NCBI GenBank assembly: GCA_951406725.2 | Contig: OX597836.1 | Location: 29,016,001 to 29,080,000, forward strand | Direction: 5' to 3' | Source of the DNA: Octopus vulgaris | Lineage: Eukaryota | DNA: 64,000 nucleotides | Part shown: positions 60,905 through 64,000 of the stretch, in pieces | Layout: every line of letters starts with the position of its first letter | Numbering within the stretch: position 1 is the first letter of the stretch | Program-made: the position numbers and the translations under genes | The notes under the pieces: model-generated | What the model saw: the letters and a program-made list of their open reading frames with translations, nothing else | Databases searched by the model: none | What the model was told of the DNA's origin: nothing

Positions 60905-63657
60905 TCAAAGTCCAGTGTAAAGAGGTTGTTCCGGAGGAGGGTTAGGATTGGTAGATGACTGACTGGCAGAGTTGTTACTCGGAGCTGGCTGACGGGAAGT
61001 TGACTCTTTTTGCTTCTTGTGCAAGTTTTCCTCCCCTGAATCCCTGTTTAGATAACAAAAACATTTTCAAATATTAGAAATTATTTCTTGGTCTTGTTCT
61101 TCCTCTTCAATCTCACTCTCACTTTCCCTCTCTCTCTTGCACGTCATCCGTCTTGCACCCGCCCCCCGTTTCTCTCTCTCTCTTTCAAACATACAGACAT
61201 ATATTGACACACATATATAGGACCACATTCATATAAACTCTCATATTTATATATATGCAGAGAAGGAAATGATTTTTCAAACACGGTATCGGCATTAAAA
61301 CAACAGAAATATAGAGTATTATTACCCTTATAAGAAAGAAAAAGTTGTCAACAAACAGCCATGATTGTTTGTTGACAACTTTTTCCGCCTTGCAAGGGTA
61401 AAAATACCCATTTTTTTCTGCTGTTTTAACAGCGATACTGCGTTCAAAATATCACTTCTTTGTCTGTATTATACGATACATATTTGTTGTAAGTTTGTTA
61501 TATATATATGTACACACACACACAAGCACACACATGCATGCACACACACACTCACATAGACACAGGCATATATCTGACAGACACAGCCTATGAGTCTCCT
61601 TAAAAAGCATTTTAACAAGTACCCACAAAACAAGAGAAGAGGCAGGTTGCTCTTGCAGGGTATAGAATAGCAGTCCAGTAGGAGGCCGATGCAAGGCTGA
61701 ATCTATAGTGACACGTAGACTTGCTATCCGCATTACCAGTGATGTACCATCCAACTGTAATAATAGCACTGGAGGCAATGACAGTAGTAGATTAATCAGC
61801 TCTTCCACCAATACGATTGCCACAGCCAGAGATGATGACCAGACTGGGACCAGAGACACAGAGGAGGTAACCAATGACCTCCAGTACCACTGCCACAGAT
61901 GATGAACAAACCATTATCACCGATACTGATAGAGCGACTGGCCCTGCACCATATGTTACCATCAGTAAAATCACCACAGCTAGAGATGATGACCAGTCTG
62001 GGACCAGTGACACAGAGGAGGTATCTTTTCATTTTGTTACTTTTCCTATTGTTCTCTTTCCCCATCTCTCTCTCTCTCTCTTTCCTTTTTCTTTACACTC
62101 CTGTTCTCACTATCTCTCTCATATTGTTAGCAAAACAACTAAAAATATACAAAATCTTATACTCTCCAAGCATGTTCCTCAATAGAATAACAACAACAAT
62201 AATAGTTCTTTCTTACCCAAAGAATGGCAGATACTGTAACACAGTCTGTTTGGTGATGGGTCCTGTAATCTCAGTTGAGTTTTCAATCACACAGCTTATA
62301 ACCTTTCGAAGGAAGGCTTGAAACCGCGTCCGTCTTGTCTCAACAACACGCGGGTCCTACCGATAAATAAAAAAAATAGCAGTACATCATTAATTAGTTT
62401 ATTTTCTATTTAATTAATTAATAATGATAATAATAACCCTTTTTACTATAGACACAAAGTTTTGTGGGAGAGAGGGCTAGTCAATTATATTGATCCCAGT
62501 GTTTAACTGGTATTTAATTTATCGACCCTGAAAGGATGAAAGGCAAAGTTGACCTCGCCAGAATTTGAACTCAGAACGTAGCAATGGGCAAAATACCGCT
62601 AAGCATTTCGTCCAGCATGCTGACGATTCTGCCAGCTGATATTTATATATCAGTCCACAAAAGACACAGAGTTCAAGATGAAATGTGTATGGCTAACACC
62701 CAGCCTGACATGGAGGTAAGGGTAAAATTGATGTCTAGTACCCAACCTGGGCATCTGCAGGCCACTGTCTTCATAGTGTGAGTAGTAAGGGAGTAATGAG
62801 GTGGGGACGTGGTCTGGATATTTGAATGCTTGCATCAGAGAAACCTCTACTAAAAGTATTGAATGACCAGCTGATGGTACTGTGTTTGACCCTTTCGATA
62901 TCAACCCAGCTGAAGCTGCCTCTGGCTTTGTAGTACAAATGTCTTGTTTTCATAATTTTTGAATTACAATCTTCCACCAAACCTTGGTCACAATTTATGC
63001 TCCTAACACTAGCTTAAGGATAACTAAGTTATTTTATTAAATTCTTTGTTATATTTAAAATTAATTGAAAGAAACACAGAGCATCTCAACAGAGACATAG
63101 TAACGAAAGGGTTAATCACTCAACTAACACCCCATGTATCTTAAGCCCTGATCTATCCATTTTGTACCAAACTGCCTCCTCCCCTAGCTCAATAACTGTT
63201 TCTAGGTTACCTTACAGTCCACTTCATATAACAAACAACTTATTAAGTAGTGTTACACCACTAAACTTAGTAGCCATTTAAGTAATGAATTAGTGGAAAG
63301 TTAATGGGTTGGCTGTGGTACTGAAGAAGCAGCAAAAACTCCTAAAATATGGATATACACTCCTCACTTATTTTTCTATCTTCCATTGCATTGTTTACAT
63401 AGACATATTTGTATACAAAATGTTGTAACTTTGAGTACTGGCCCTAAATTCTACTGAAAATCTGTAGAGATACACTTAAAAATGACAACTTTAAAAAAAA
63501 CATAATAAATTATTACCTTGTAACCAACCCTAACTTTAGATGGAAAATTAAATTGGCCCAAAATGGGAAATTTTTTCTTCAGTTTGGAGTAGAACACATA
63601 AAATTGCCGATAACGTCTATACACATTCCATTCTTCATCTTGAATTCTGATGTAGAC
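60905..63657 (-). CDS. SNX29: Sorting nexin-29, 5'-partial (C-terminal PX domain and tail). Exons: 63657-63517, 62356-62217, 61043-60905
   Basis: Spliced translation [47 protein letters not shown]|[20 protein letters not shown]...LQYLPFFG|DSGEEN...EQPLYTGL* closely resembles the remembered SNX29 PX domain (VYIRIKDDEWNIYRRY...FPPKKAIGNKDAKFVEERR...LMPFF). Phases are consistent. Confidence 0.88.
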
Positions 63658-64000
63658 CTAAAAGAAAAAGGAAGTCAGTTATCTACACATGTTGTAAATT
63701 AATTATTAAAATCAATATAAAATCAATACCCAAATCAGAGATGTACATCCAGTGTGTATAGAAACACAGGTACAAAGTTTGCAAAATAGAAATTTAGTCA
63801 ACTTATTTATTGAAATCAAATTAATTTCTTTTGGTAGTAAATTTGTAAATGCTTGTAAGGATATATTTATTTGTTCATTTGTTTTATACACTCTGTAAAG
63901 TGGTTGGCATTAGGAAGGCCATCAAGCCATAGAAACCATGCCAAAGCAGCTCTGCAGCTCACCAGGTCCTGTCAAACCATCTAACCCATGCCAGCATAGA

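Noticed and set aside
56969-60908. Many Y/I/H/T-rich ORFs
   Set aside because: Translations of (TA)n/(CA)n microsatellites.

Overview
AT-rich eukaryotic genomic DNA with dense SINE, MITE, LINE-fragment and microsatellite content. The repeat landscape is most consistent with an octopus (coleoid cephalopod); this is an inference. Four spliced protein-coding genes were reconstructed by hand. TCP1/CCT-alpha lies on the - strand (11 coding exons, 3' end outside the window, one U12-type intron). PSMD14/Rpn11 lies on the + strand (complete, 311 aa, divergent from TCP1). BLOC1S5/Muted lies on the - strand (complete, 142 aa, convergent with PSMD14). The last three exons of SNX29 (PX domain) lie on the - strand. 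A tRNA-Val(AAC) gene upstream of the first PSMD14 coding exon is fused to a SINE/LINE-type 3' tail. Almost all ORFs in the supplied track are spurious or repeat-derived. The most notable observations are the tRNA-plus-retroposon-tail chimera, a 184-bp near-perfect inverted repeat pair flanking TCP1 exon 4, the repeat-laden minor-spliceosome intron, and a GDGTSS variant of the chaperonin P-loop.
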